Origin: Novakomyces olei
Lineage: Eukaryota
Direction of reading: 5' to 3'
NCBI GenBank assembly: GCA_016906335.1
Contig: JADEYG010000001.1
Span: 186,001 to 250,000 of the forward strand
DNA: 64,000 nucleotides
In this document: in pieces, positions 27,308-38,570 of the stretch
Layout: each line of letters opens with the position of its first letter
How positions within the stretch are numbered: the stretch's first letter is position 1
The notes under the pieces: generated by a model
The model's input: only the letters and a program-made list of their open reading frames with translations
What the model was told of the DNA's origin: nothing
Database searches by the model: none
Program-made: the position numbers and the translations under genes

Positions 27308-28616
27308 ATGTTTATCAAGAGGAAACTTCGCGGCGCGGCCAGACAGAATCGCTCGCAAACGGCGTCACCCTCGCTTGATCTGCTCTCTGATAATGATCCG
27401 CCCACGGCTGATTTAGGGCCTCACTTGGAGCCGGAACTTAGTCTGGCTGTACAGACAAATGAGCAAGAAAGTGCGCGTTTGAGTTCAGACAAATTCGCGG
27501 GCGAGGTCTCTCCGGGTAAGAATTTTCTTTCGTCCTTTATTTCTTTTTCTTCTTTTCCTTCTATTTATTTATGCACTTTTTTTTTTTTTAAATTTCTAGT
27601 TTTGCCTATATCATACTAGGCAGAGTACAATTCTCAATTGTATCAAATTTTTTACTGTGAGGCTGGGTTTAATTTTATATACTCCCTTCTACTTTGCTGG
27701 CTCTGAAAATTTGAATCTCATCTCATGACACTTGCATTTAACTTGTAATATTAATAATTCAGCTCTATCCGGCACAGAACGTTCACGGTCACGTTCGCTA
27801 TCAACAGTAGGAAGTCCCCATGCTCCGCCATCTCCCGCGGCAATCTTTGAGCGTAGCGTCGACGCAGCTGCGATGAATAATGCTCCGTCTGTCCCGTCTT
27901 CAATCAATGGAAACCCAGCAACATTCACATCATCATCATCAGCGACAATAGCAAGCTTAGTACGCCCATCAGACGAAATGGTCCCTTCTGTTTTAGACGC
28001 ATCTCTTTCGACTCTAAACAGTGATGCACTAGATCCAGACCAAGTGGATATTGTGCAATTAGTCCGGTCGCCTTCTTTAAACCATGGAAAGATGCCAGCC
28101 TTGCCTAACCCATGGATTCACGATGCATCAGTGACTTCTGTAGCTAATGAAGACGATCAGGAACCAATTAGAAGCTTGAACGAATCCCCTATCGGCAAGA
28201 GCGCCGATGCAACGGCCCCAGGATCAGCTAAGGAAGAACGTCAGCACTTAAATTTTATCAGCTACCGTGACCTTGTAAACGCAGAAGCAGCAGAAACGTC
28301 CTCGGCTCTAGAGCAGACATACAAGGAGCCAGTGGCTTCTTTGACTGCTGTTGATACTCAGGTTTCTAATAGCAGCAATAGTATTACCGGCGGAATTGTA
28401 CCGGGAGCTAGCCCTCATGTTGAATCGCTCGATCATGTTTTAGCCAGTAACCAGACTGGCACTTCTGTAAACACAGGAGTATCGTCTGTTTTGCCTTCGC
28501 CATCGCAAAAGGTGTCTACAAGCACAGATGCTTCAAGTCCCGAAGTTATACGCTACGCGCTTTCTCAGGCCTTGCTTGCCGATAATCAGTTGGACACGAA
28601 CCCGTGGGCTTTATAG
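27308..28616 (+). CDS. Hypothetical Ser/Pro-rich protein (probably 2 exons)
   Basis: Exon from ATG 27308 to a GTAAGA donor at ~27516, a T-rich intron, then a 294-codon open frame; no family recognised. Confidence 0.6.
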
Positions 28617-28889
28617 CCCCCTAAAATTGTTGCAGGTTTAATTTTATTTCGAAGTACGGACGAAAGGTGGGAATAGCACAAAACGGAAAAACCTAAAAAT
28701 TAAGAGCTAAAAATTAATAGGAAAAGAAATAACCGAGAAAGCTTAGTATGTCTAGCAGCAATATCATTTTTTTCTATTGATACCCATAAACAATAGATAT
28801 CGTGCAGAAAGCTTGTAGCATGTAGTGGTTTGATTACGAATTTATTGTGGCAATATGAAAGTTTTCCCAAAATACCCAAATAAATTCCT

Positions 28890-29997
28890 TCATGCATAAA
28901 GCTTGGCAAACCCCGTCTCATCAGGCTGCAGCCAATTGCGCTCGTCTAAAAACGTTAATTGTTCATATAACAAATAATAAAAAATAGAAAGATAGAAAAA
29001 AATATCACCGCATACCATATTTGTTTACTCCCTCAATCATATGAAATGTATAGATAAATCGACTGATATCGCTTGTGTTCTTTTCACTCTTGTGCAAAAT
29101 ATTTCCGTGGATTAGGACTAACGTGCCAGCAGGACACTCCCCGAGAACAAAGTCCTCGTCTCTCACAGCTGGGTTGCGTGTTTCCTTTATTTTAATAAAC
29201 TCAGTACCAGAACCATTATCCTTTCGAACCATGCGCTGCTCAATATCGTGAGTTTTATGAGACCCCGGCACAAAAGACAAGCAACCATTCTTAACTTTAC
29301 AATCTTCCAAAGCGAACCACAGTCCGACTGCGCTAGGTGGATCGGTGTAAAGGAAAGTAGAATCTTGGTGCGACGGTACTTTGCCTCCTATTTCAGGCTG
29401 TTTACATATAATCATGCTGGACAAATTAATAAAGGCATAAAGTTCAAGTCTCGCGTACCTTTGCAGTATGCGGGGATCCTTGAAACCCAAAGCTTGCGCA
29501 ATGGCCCTTGTGCGGTCGTTTATTGAAATGTCGTGAAATATGGACTCCAGCGAGTGTAGACCATGACCAATTTTGTTTATAGCCAATGCTTTAGGTTTCG
29601 TAAGATTGCCCTGCGCATCGAAGGCATCCTCCTCGAAAAAGTACCGAACCTTGTTGCCAGAGTCTAGAAAGTACTTATTCGTTAGCACGCGTTGGGTATA
29701 TATCTACGTGGCAGCGTACATCATCACCAATGTGCTCGGAAGTGTCACCAGTAGAAAATTTTGTCATGGAATGTTCTTCAGGCTTGAATGATTCGAGAAG
29801 TTCGTGAGAGCGCCATCGGCATTGCTTGACTTGCTGTGGGGAAAGGAAGTCTACAAAAGATTAGCCTTTGCCGGCTCCGCGCATTGCGGAAATAAAGGAA
29901 ATACTCTAAAATAAGTCTTACTGGGCAGTATTAAATATCCATCGCGTTCGAATTGAGCAACTTGATCTTGCGAGATTGTAAATCTCGAGTCAGCCAT
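28890..29997 (-). CDS. Phytanoyl-CoA dioxygenase (PhyH/PHYHD1) family protein, multi-intron
   Basis: QFERDGYL, NKIGHGLH, SMIICKQPEIGGKVPSHQDSTFL (HxD), HGNILHKSEKNTS, final exon NWLQP. Confidence 0.92.
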
Positions 29998-30809
29998 TGC
30001 TGCCTGAGGCATACGATCTGTGGTTTGTCACGCGCTAACACACTTATCTAACGGTAACGTTAATATTACGTAGAAGGATCTAAATATACTAAGCGCTATC
30101 TCGTTGTACGTAAAGTGAGACAAGTAAAACATATAAATGATTGGTCAGGCGAGAAGTCTATCGGTAAAGGATATTGTTAGCATTTTATATTGCAGCAAAG
30201 TTCTTGAAGATAGAATAATTGAATTAGCAACGAACACTAGCTTCAGCTGAATCCCCCAAGAGTTCTGGGAGTTCGCTTGGTCTATATATTTTTATGTATT
30301 GTAAAGTGAGATCCGGTAAACTAAAGTCAAACAACTGACACGCACGTTAGATGTATCTGAATTTGGAAAAGATAAACGAAAGTAGTATGAGGGGATAATA
30401 GGTTCATATTTCAACAGATGTGTTGGCGTTGCCTCTCACCCATACGGGGTTCCTTTTAAAAGTACAAGGCTCTTTCTTGTCTTTGCTGGCGTTGAAAATA
30501 CTCAATTTTAGATTGAATATATATCGAACACCAAAAATAATCATTGAAGCCGAGTTTATTTTTTATCTTATTTGTATAATGTATAAAAGAACGGGATTGC
30601 GAAAAAATCTTCACTCTGAATCATATGGCTCTTTAGCAAAAGCAGCAACGTTGCCAAAAATAGCATTCATTGTTCGGTTATGATTAATTTTCATTTTCAA
30701 GAGGACCAAAATCGCAGATTAACAAGCGCAGAGTAACAAGCGAGCATACAATGCTTTTAGTTTCGCCTTCTGCTTTCTGGATATCCATCGATATCTGAAT
30801 TTGGCTCAG

Positions 30810-32865
30810 CTTGTACTAATATCTTTGTTTCAAAGCCTCATTTTAGAAACAGAAATACAAGAGCAAACCAAATAAACAAGCACAAGAAAGAAGATAGAAA
30901 AACCATTATTTCTAACGATTTCTAGTTTTTAGTGCCTTCAGAGTAACCAGAAATCGCTCTCTCCAGAAAAGTTGGCCAGTTTGCAACTTTTCTAGTGAGA
31001 GGGGTGTTTGGTTACAACACTCCCCGGCCAGCGATGATCGACAGTCACCGCTGACCTACCTTGTATATTTAAAAGAAACAAATCAACAAAGAAACAAAAT
31101 CGTGAAGAACAATCCAAAACAAAAAACAAAAAAAAAAAACACAGATGAAAGTACCGCATGCACAAGGCTAGAAGCACGGGATTTAAAAAAGAGCAAATCT
31201 TTAGAAGTAAAATAAGAACTGAAACCAAAAAAAAAATAAAAAAAATAAAAAAAAATAATAAAATAAAGTAACAACACAACGCCAGAGCAAAAATTGCGTT
31301 TTTATGAACTGTAGTTTGCCTGAATTTGTTTTTGACTTTCGTTGAAGTAATTGTTTTTGTTGTCTTTCGATGTGTGAGATTTTTGTCTTTTTTCTACAGG
31401 CATTATCTTTTTTTATTCGTCGTTTATTTAACAAAAAAGAAATATGCCCATTTCGCCGCCTTTAAGCATCGAACCCAAGCATCCGCATGATCACGAGAGA
31501 GCAATTTGTTGGATTTTTGGATTTTTGGATTTTTGTATTTTTGTATTTTTGGATTTTTGTATTTTTGTATTTTTGTATTTTTGGATTTTTGTATTTTTGT
31601 ATTTTTGTATTTTTGTATTTTTGTATTTTTGTATTTTTGTATTTTTGTATTTTTGTATTTTTGTATTTTTGTATTTTTGTATTTTTGTATTTTTGTATTT
31701 TTGTATTTTTGTATTTTTGTATTTTTGTATTTTTGTATTTTTGTATTTTTGTATTTTTGTATTTTTGTATTTTTGGATTTTTGTATTTTTGTATTTTTGT
31801 ATTTTTGTATTTTTGTATTTTTGTATTTTTGTATTTTTGTATTTTTGTATTTTTGTATTTTTGTATTTTTGTATTTTTGTATTTTTGTATTTTTGTATTT
31901 TTGTATTTTTGTATTTTTGTATTTTTGTTATTTTTGTATTTTTGTATTTTTGTATTTTTGTATTTTTGTATTTTTGTATTTTTGTATTTTTGTATTTTTG
32001 TATTTTTGTATTTTTGTATTTTTGTATTTTTGTATTTTTGTATTTTTGTATTTTTGTATTTTTGTATTTTTGTATTTTTGTATTTCTTGTACTAATATCT
32101 TTCAAAGCCTGATTTCAGAATTAGAAATACAAGAGCAAACCAAATAAACAAGCACAAGAAAAAACATAGAAAAACCATTATTTCTAACGATTTCTAGTTT
32201 TTAGTGTCATCAGATTAACCAAAAATCACTCTCTCCAGAAAAGTTGGCCAGTTTGCAACTTTTCTAGTGAGAGGGGTGTTTGGTTACAACACTCCCCGGC
32301 CAGCGATGATCGACAAATGTCACCGCTGACCTACCTTGTATATTTAAAAGAAACAAATCAACAAAGAAACAAAATCGTGAAGAACAATCCAAAACAAAAA
32401 ACAAAAAAAAAACACAGATGAAAGTACCACATGCACAAGGCTAGAAGCACGGGATTTAAAAAAGAGCAAATCTTTAGAAGTAAAATAAGAACTGAAACAA
32501 AAAAAAAAATAAAAAACAAAAAAACAAAAAAACAAAAAAACAAAAAAACAAAAAAACAAAAAAACAAAAAAACAAAAAAACAAATAAACAAAAAAACATA
32601 AAAACAAAAAAAAACACACACACACAACGACAGAGAAACAAAAATGCACTTTTATGAACTGCATTTTGCCTGAATTTGTTTTTGAATTTCGTTGAAGTAA
32701 TTGTTTTGTTGTCTCTCGATGTGCGTGATTTTCGTCTTTTTTCTACAGGCATTATCCCTTTTTTTTGTCTTTTTATTAAAAAAAGAAACATACCAATTGC
32801 GCCGCGTGAAACGACAATGGCATCGAAGCCGAGCATCCGCATGATCTCGAGAAAACAATTTGTTA
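30810..32865 (+). repeat. Internal direct duplication of a ~700-bp unit (30810-31510 and 32087-32865) separated by a microsatellite
   Basis: Both copies begin cttgtactaatatcttt...gaaatacaagagcaaaccaaataaacaagcacaag and run to gcatgatc.cgaga.a.caatttgtt; only one copy in the right arm (~59160-59850). Confidence 0.9.
31511..32085. repeat. (TTTTTGTA)n 8-bp tandem array, ~70 units, with occasional TTTTTGGA
   Basis: Directly visible. Confidence 0.97.
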
Positions 32866-33429
32866 AACAAAACCTCTTGGCGCTTTTATATTGGTAATTC
32901 AGACATTCAGTTCTTTTTCTTGTAAAATCAGACAGACAATCGTTGCTTTTTGTTGCTTTTCTTTTTTCTTTTTTCTTTTTCCTATTTTGTTTATTTTTGT
33001 TTATTTTTAGTTTTTGTTTTGATTTGTAGACCAGACATTCAGTTTTGTTTTTGTTTTTGTTCTCGTAAAAACAGACCCGCTTTTTTTTTTGGGTTTGTTA
33101 TTCAGACATTTGATTTTTTATTTTTTTATTATTTTTTGTGTTTTAGTTTATTTTAGTTTCATTAATCAGACAGATTTTTGTTTTTGTTGGTTTTTTTTTT
33201 GTTTTTTTTTGTTTTGTTTCTTATTTTGCGTTCTCGGTTTGTTATGCTATTCAGAAAATCTGAATTTTGTTTTGTTTTTTTTTTGTTTTTTTTTGTTTTG
33301 TTGATTTTGTTGATTTTGTTGGGTTATATTTGTTTTTTTTGTCTTTTGTTCGTTTTTTGCATTTTTGCATTTTTTCTATGCTATTTCTTTTTGACTTTTT
33401 GAAATTCTGGTCCCCCTGTTCCCTTTAGT

Positions 33430-36400
33430 TTTATTTCTTTTTTTTTGCGTCTTTATTCTTATGTTTTTTGCTTATTTGCCTCTTTGCCTCTTTGCCTATT
33501 TGCTTCTTTGCTTCTTTGCTTCTTTGCTTCTTTGCTTATTTGCTTATTTGCTTCTTTGCTTCTTTGCTTCTTTGCTTCTTTGCTTCTTTGCTTCTTTGCT
33601 TCTTTGCTTCTTTGCTTCTTTGCTTCTTTGCTCCTTTGCTTCTTTGCTTTTTTGCTTCTTTGCTTTTTAGCTCCTTTGCTTTTATAGTTTTTTTCTTTCT
33701 TTGCTCTTCTGCTTGTTTGCTTTTTTGCTTTTATTGCTTTTTAGCTTCTTTGTTATTTTGCTTTTTTGCTTTTTTGCTTTTTTGCTTCTTTCTTTGCTAT
33801 TTCATTTTGGTTCTTTGTGTTTTTGGTCCCCCTGTTCCCTTCAGTTTAAGTTCTATTTTTTTGCTTCTTAGCTTTTTTGATTCTTTGCTTTTTTGCTAAT
33901 CTTCTTTTTTGCTCCTTTGCTTTCTTTGCTTTTTTGCTTTCTTTGCTCTTTGCTTCTTTGTTATTTTGCAATTTTGCATTGCTTTTTTGCTTTTTTGCTT
34001 TTTTGCTATTTTGCATTGCTATTTTGCTTCTTTGCTTTTTTGTTATTTTGCATTGCTTTTTTGCTTTTTTGCTTTTATTGCTTTTTAGCTTCTTTGTTAT
34101 TTTGCAATTTTGCATTGCTTTTTCGCTTCTTTGCTTTTTTGCTATTTTGCATTGCTTTTTTGCTTCTTTGTTATTTTGCTTCTTTGTTATTTTGCTTTTT
34201 TTCTTTCTTTGCTCTTCTGCTTTTTTGCTTTTTTACTTTTTTTCTTTTGTCGCTTCTTTGCTTTTTTGATTTTTTGGTTTTGCTTTTTTTGCTTTGCTTT
34301 TTTTTTTGCAATACCCTTCTTTGCTTTTTTGCTTCTTTGCTTTTCTGCTTGATTGCTTGATTGCTTTTTTGGTTCTTTCTTTGCTATTTCATTTTGGTTC
34401 TTTGTGTTTTTGGTCCCCCTGTTCCCTTTATGTTTTAGTTCTTCTTTTTGCTTCTTTGCTTTTTTGCTTTTTAGATTCTTTGCTTCTTTGTTATTTTGCT
34501 TCTTTGTTATTTTGCTTTTTTGCTTTTCAGCTTCTTTGCTATTTTGCATTGCTTTTTTGGTTCTTTGCTTTTTTGCTAATCTTCTTTTTTGCTCCTTTGC
34601 TTTTATAGTTTTTTGCTTTCTTTGCTTTTTTGCTTTTCAGCTTCTTTGCAATATTGCTTCTTTGCTTCTTTGCTAATCTTCTTTTTTGCTCCTTTGCTTT
34701 TATAGTTTTTTTCTTTCTTTGCTCCTTTGCTTTCTTTTCTTTTTTGCTTTTTTGCTTTTATTGCTTTTTAGCTTCTTTGTTATTTTGCTTCTTTGTTATT
34801 TTGCAATTTTGCATTGCTTTTTTGCTCCTTTGCTTTTTTGCTCCTTTGTTATTTTGCTTTTCAGCTTCTTTGCTATTTTGCATTGCTTTTTTGGTTCTTT
34901 GCTTTTTTGCTAATCTTCTTTTTTGCTCCTTTGCTTTTATAGTTTTTTTCTTTTTTTGCTCCTTTGCTTTCTTTGCTTTTTTGCTTTCTTTGCTCTTTGC
35001 TTCTTTGTTATTTTGCAATTTTGCATTGCTTTTTTGCTTTTTTGCTTTTTTGCTTTTTTGCTTTTTTGCTTTTTTGCTTTTTTGCTTTTTTGCAATATTG
35101 CTTTTTTGCTTTTTTGCAATATTGCTTCTTTGCTTTTATAGTTTTTTGCTTTCTTTGCTCTTTGGCTTCTTTACTTCTTTGCTTTCTTTTCTTTTTTGCT
35201 TTTTTGCTTTTATTGCTTTTTAGCTTCTTTGTTATTTTGCTTCTTTGTTATTTTGCTTTTCAGCTTCTTTGCTATTTTGCATTGCTTTTTTGGTTCTTTG
35301 CTTTTTTGCTAATCTTCTTTTTTGCTCCTTTGCTTTTATAGTTTTTTTCTTCCTTTCCTCCTTTGCTTTCTTTGCTTTTTTGCTTTTTTGCTAATCTTCT
35401 TTTTTGCTCCTTTGCTTTTATAGTTTTTTGCCTTCTTTGCTCTTTGGCTTCTTTACTTCTTTGCTTTCTTTTCTTTTTTGCTTTTTTGCTTTTATTGCTT
35501 TTTAGCTTCTTTGTTATTTTGCTTCTTTGTTATTTTGCAATTTTGCATTGCTTTTTCGCTTTTTTGCTTTTTTGCTTTTTTGCTTTTTTGCTTTTTTGCT
35601 TTTTTGCTAATCTTCTTTTTTGCTTCTTTGCTTTTATAGTTTTTTGCTTTCTTTGCTCTTTGGCTTCTTTGCGTCTTTGCTTTCTTTTCATTTTTGCTTT
35701 TTTGCTTTTTTGCTTTTTTGCTTTCTTTGCTCTTTGCTTCTTTGTTATTTTGCAATTTTGCATTGCTTTTTTGCTTTTTTGCTTTTTTGCTTTTTTGCTT
35801 TTTTGCTTTTTTGCTTTTTTGCAATATTGCTTTTTTGCTTTTTTGCTCTTTGGCTTCTTTGCGTCTTTTCTTTCTTTTCATTTTTGCTTTTTTGCTTTTT
35901 TGCTTTCTTTGCTCTTTGCGTCTTTGTTATTTTGCAATTTTGCATTGCTTTTTTGCTTCTTTGTTTTTTTGCTATTTTGCATTGCTTTTTTGCTTCTTTG
36001 CTTTTTTGTTATTTTGTATTGCTTTTTTGCTTTTTTGCTTTCTTTGCTCTTTGCGTCTTTGTTATTTTGCAATTTTGCATTGCTTTATTGCTTCTTTGCT
36101 TTTTTGCTATTTTGCATTGCTTTTTTGCTTCTTTGCTTTTTTGTTATTTTGTATTGCTTTTTTGCTTTTTTGCTTTTTTGCTTTCTTTGCTCTTTGCGTC
36201 TTTGTTATTTTGCAATTTTGCATTGCTTTTTTGCTTCTTTGCTTTTTTGCTATTTTGCATTGCTTTTTTGCTTCTTTGCTTTTTTGTTATTTTGTATTGC
36301 TTTTTTGCTTTTTTGCTTTTTTGCTTTCTTTGCTCTTTGCGTCTTTGTTATTTTGCAATTTTGCATTGCTTTTTTGCTTCTTTGCTTTTTTGCTATTTTG

Positions 36401-37460
36401 CATTGCTTTTTTGCTTCTTTGCTTTTTTGTTATTTTGTATTGCTTTTTTGCTTTTTTGCTTTTTTGCTAATCTTCTTTTTTGCTCCTTTGCTTTTATAGT
36501 TTTTTGCTTTCTTTGCTTTTTTGCTTTTCAGCTTCTTTGCTATTTTGCATTGCTTTTTTGGTTCTTTGCTTTTTTGCTAATCTTCTTTTTGGCTCCTTTG
36601 CTTTTATAGTTTTTTGCTTTCTTTGCTTTTTTGCTTTTCAGCTTCTTTGCAATATTGCAATATTGCTTCTTTGCTAATCTTCTTTTTTGCTCCTTTGCTT
36701 TTATAGTTTTTTTCTTTCTTTGCTCCTTTGCTTTCTTTTCTTTTTTGCTTTTTTGCTTTTTTGCTTTTTTGCTTTTTTGCTTTTTTGCTTTTTTGCTTTT
36801 TTGCTTTTTTGCTTTTTTGCAATATTGCTTCTTTGCTAATCTTCTTTTTTGCTCCTTTGCTTTTATAGTTTTTTTCTTTCTTTGCTCCTTTGCTTTCTTT
36901 GCTTTTTTGCTTTTTTGCTAATCTTCTTTTTTGCTCCTTTGCTTTTATAGTTTTTTGCTTTCTTTGCTCTTTGGCTTCTTTACTTCTTTGCTTTCTTTTC
37001 TTTTTTGCTTTTTTGCTTTTTTGCTTTTTTGCTTTTTTGCTTTTTTGCTTTTTTGCTTTTTTGCTAATCTTCTTTTTTGCTTCTTTGCTTTTATAGTTTT
37101 TTGCTTTCTTTGCTCTTTGGCTTCTTTGCTTCTTTGCTTTCTTTTCTTTTTTGCTTTTTTGCTTTTATTGCTTTTTAGCTTCTTTGTTATTTTGCTTCTT
37201 TGTTGTTTTGCTTTTTTTCTTTCTTTGCTCTTCTGCTTGTTTGCTTGTTTGCTTTTTTGGTTCTTTCTTTGCTATTTCATTTTGGTTCTTTGTGTTTTTG
37301 GTCCCCCTGTCCCCTTTATGTTTTAGTTCTTCTTTTTGCTTCTTTGCTTTTTTGCTTTTCAGCTTCTTTGCTATTTTGCATTGCTTTTTTGGTTCTTTGC
37401 TTTTTTGCTAATCTTTTTTTTCGCTCCTTTGCTTTTATAGTTTTTTGCTTTCTTTGCTTT
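33430..37460. repeat. T-rich complex satellite of TTTTTTGC/TTCTTTGC monomers and recurring higher-order modules
   Basis: Recurring modules such as gctaatcttcttttttgctcctttgcttttatag, gttattttgcaattttgcattgc and ttttggtccccctgttccct. Confidence 0.95.
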
Positions 37461-37904
37461 CTTTGCACTTTTTTATTTTTCCGCATTTTTGCGATTTCGT
37501 TTTGTCGCTTCTTTTGCTTTTTTAGCTTTCTTGTTTTTTTGTTTATATTGTTATATTGTTCTGTTGTTGTTTTTTTTGTGTTTTTTGTGTTTTGCCTTTT
37601 CGGCTTGATTTTTATATTCAGACATTCGTTGCTTTTTGTTTTTTTCTTCTATTTTTGTTAGTCATAGGAAACTTACCGTTTTGGTCGCTGCAAGGCAATG
37701 GCATCAAAGCCAGCATTCGCATGATTCTGATAAAAACCATCCTTGACCCAAACCTTTTGGTGTTCTTAAAAGACAAAGAGAGAAAGAAAGAAAGAAAGAA
37801 AGAAAGAAAACCAGCATATCATGGCACAATACACCATTTATCAGCTCGGTTGGCTTTGGTCAAGCCACAAATCGACAAAGCGACAAAAACCAAGCAAGCA
37901 AATC

Positions 37905-38570
37905 AAGCAACCAATAGCAAAGCAGACTCATAACAGCGATTTCAAGGAGCCCAGTTTCTCAAATTTTCATGTAAGCAAGCATCATAGAGCCACCGACGGT
38001 AAGGTTGAAAACATGAACTAAGCAGACAAAACGTGGTCACGTGAGGCTATGGAGGTGAAACTAGCATGATTTAAATACACAGCATCATAGAGAGCACAGA
38101 TCCGATCAAAGAAACGAGAAACAAGCAAACAAAACTGTTAAGCAACCAGTAGCAAAGCAGACTCATAACAGCGATTTCAAGGAGCCCAGTTTCTCAAATT
38201 TTCATGTAAGCAAGCATCATAGAGCCACCGACGGTAAGGTTGAAAACATGAACTAAGCAGACAAAACGTGGTCACGAGAGGCTATGGAGGTGAAACTAGC
38301 ATGATTTAAATACACAGCATCATAGAGAGCACAGATCCGATCAAAGAAACGAGAAACAAGCAAACAAAACTGTTAAGCAACCAGTAGCAAAGCAGTCTCA
38401 TAACAGCGATTTCAAGGAGCCCAGTTTCTCAAATTTTCATGTAAGCAAGCATCATAGAGTCACGGTAAGGTCGAAAACATGAAATAAGCAGACAAAACGC
38501 GGTCACGTGAGGCTATGGAGGTGAAACTAGCATGAAATACACAGCATCATATAGAACACTGATCAAACTA
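37905..38570 (+). repeat. 235-bp tandem repeat, ~2.8 copies (left arm)
   Basis: agcagWctcataacagcg recurs at 37921, 38156 and 38391 (period 235). Confidence 0.95.

Noticed and set aside
30962-30996. Helitron 3' end (hairpin plus CTAG|T)
   Set aside because: The CTAG overlaps the stem rather than lying ~10 nt downstream, and inter-copy homology continues past it.
31444-37661. Dozens of long F/L/C-rich and K/Q-rich ORFs (also 57007-58915 and 60245-60562)
   Set aside because: These are translations of stop-poor satellite DNA open in several frames at once, with no protein-like complexity.
37905-38570. CRISPR-like array
   Set aside because: The units are full 235-bp tandem copies without unique spacers, the genome is eukaryotic and there are no cas genes.
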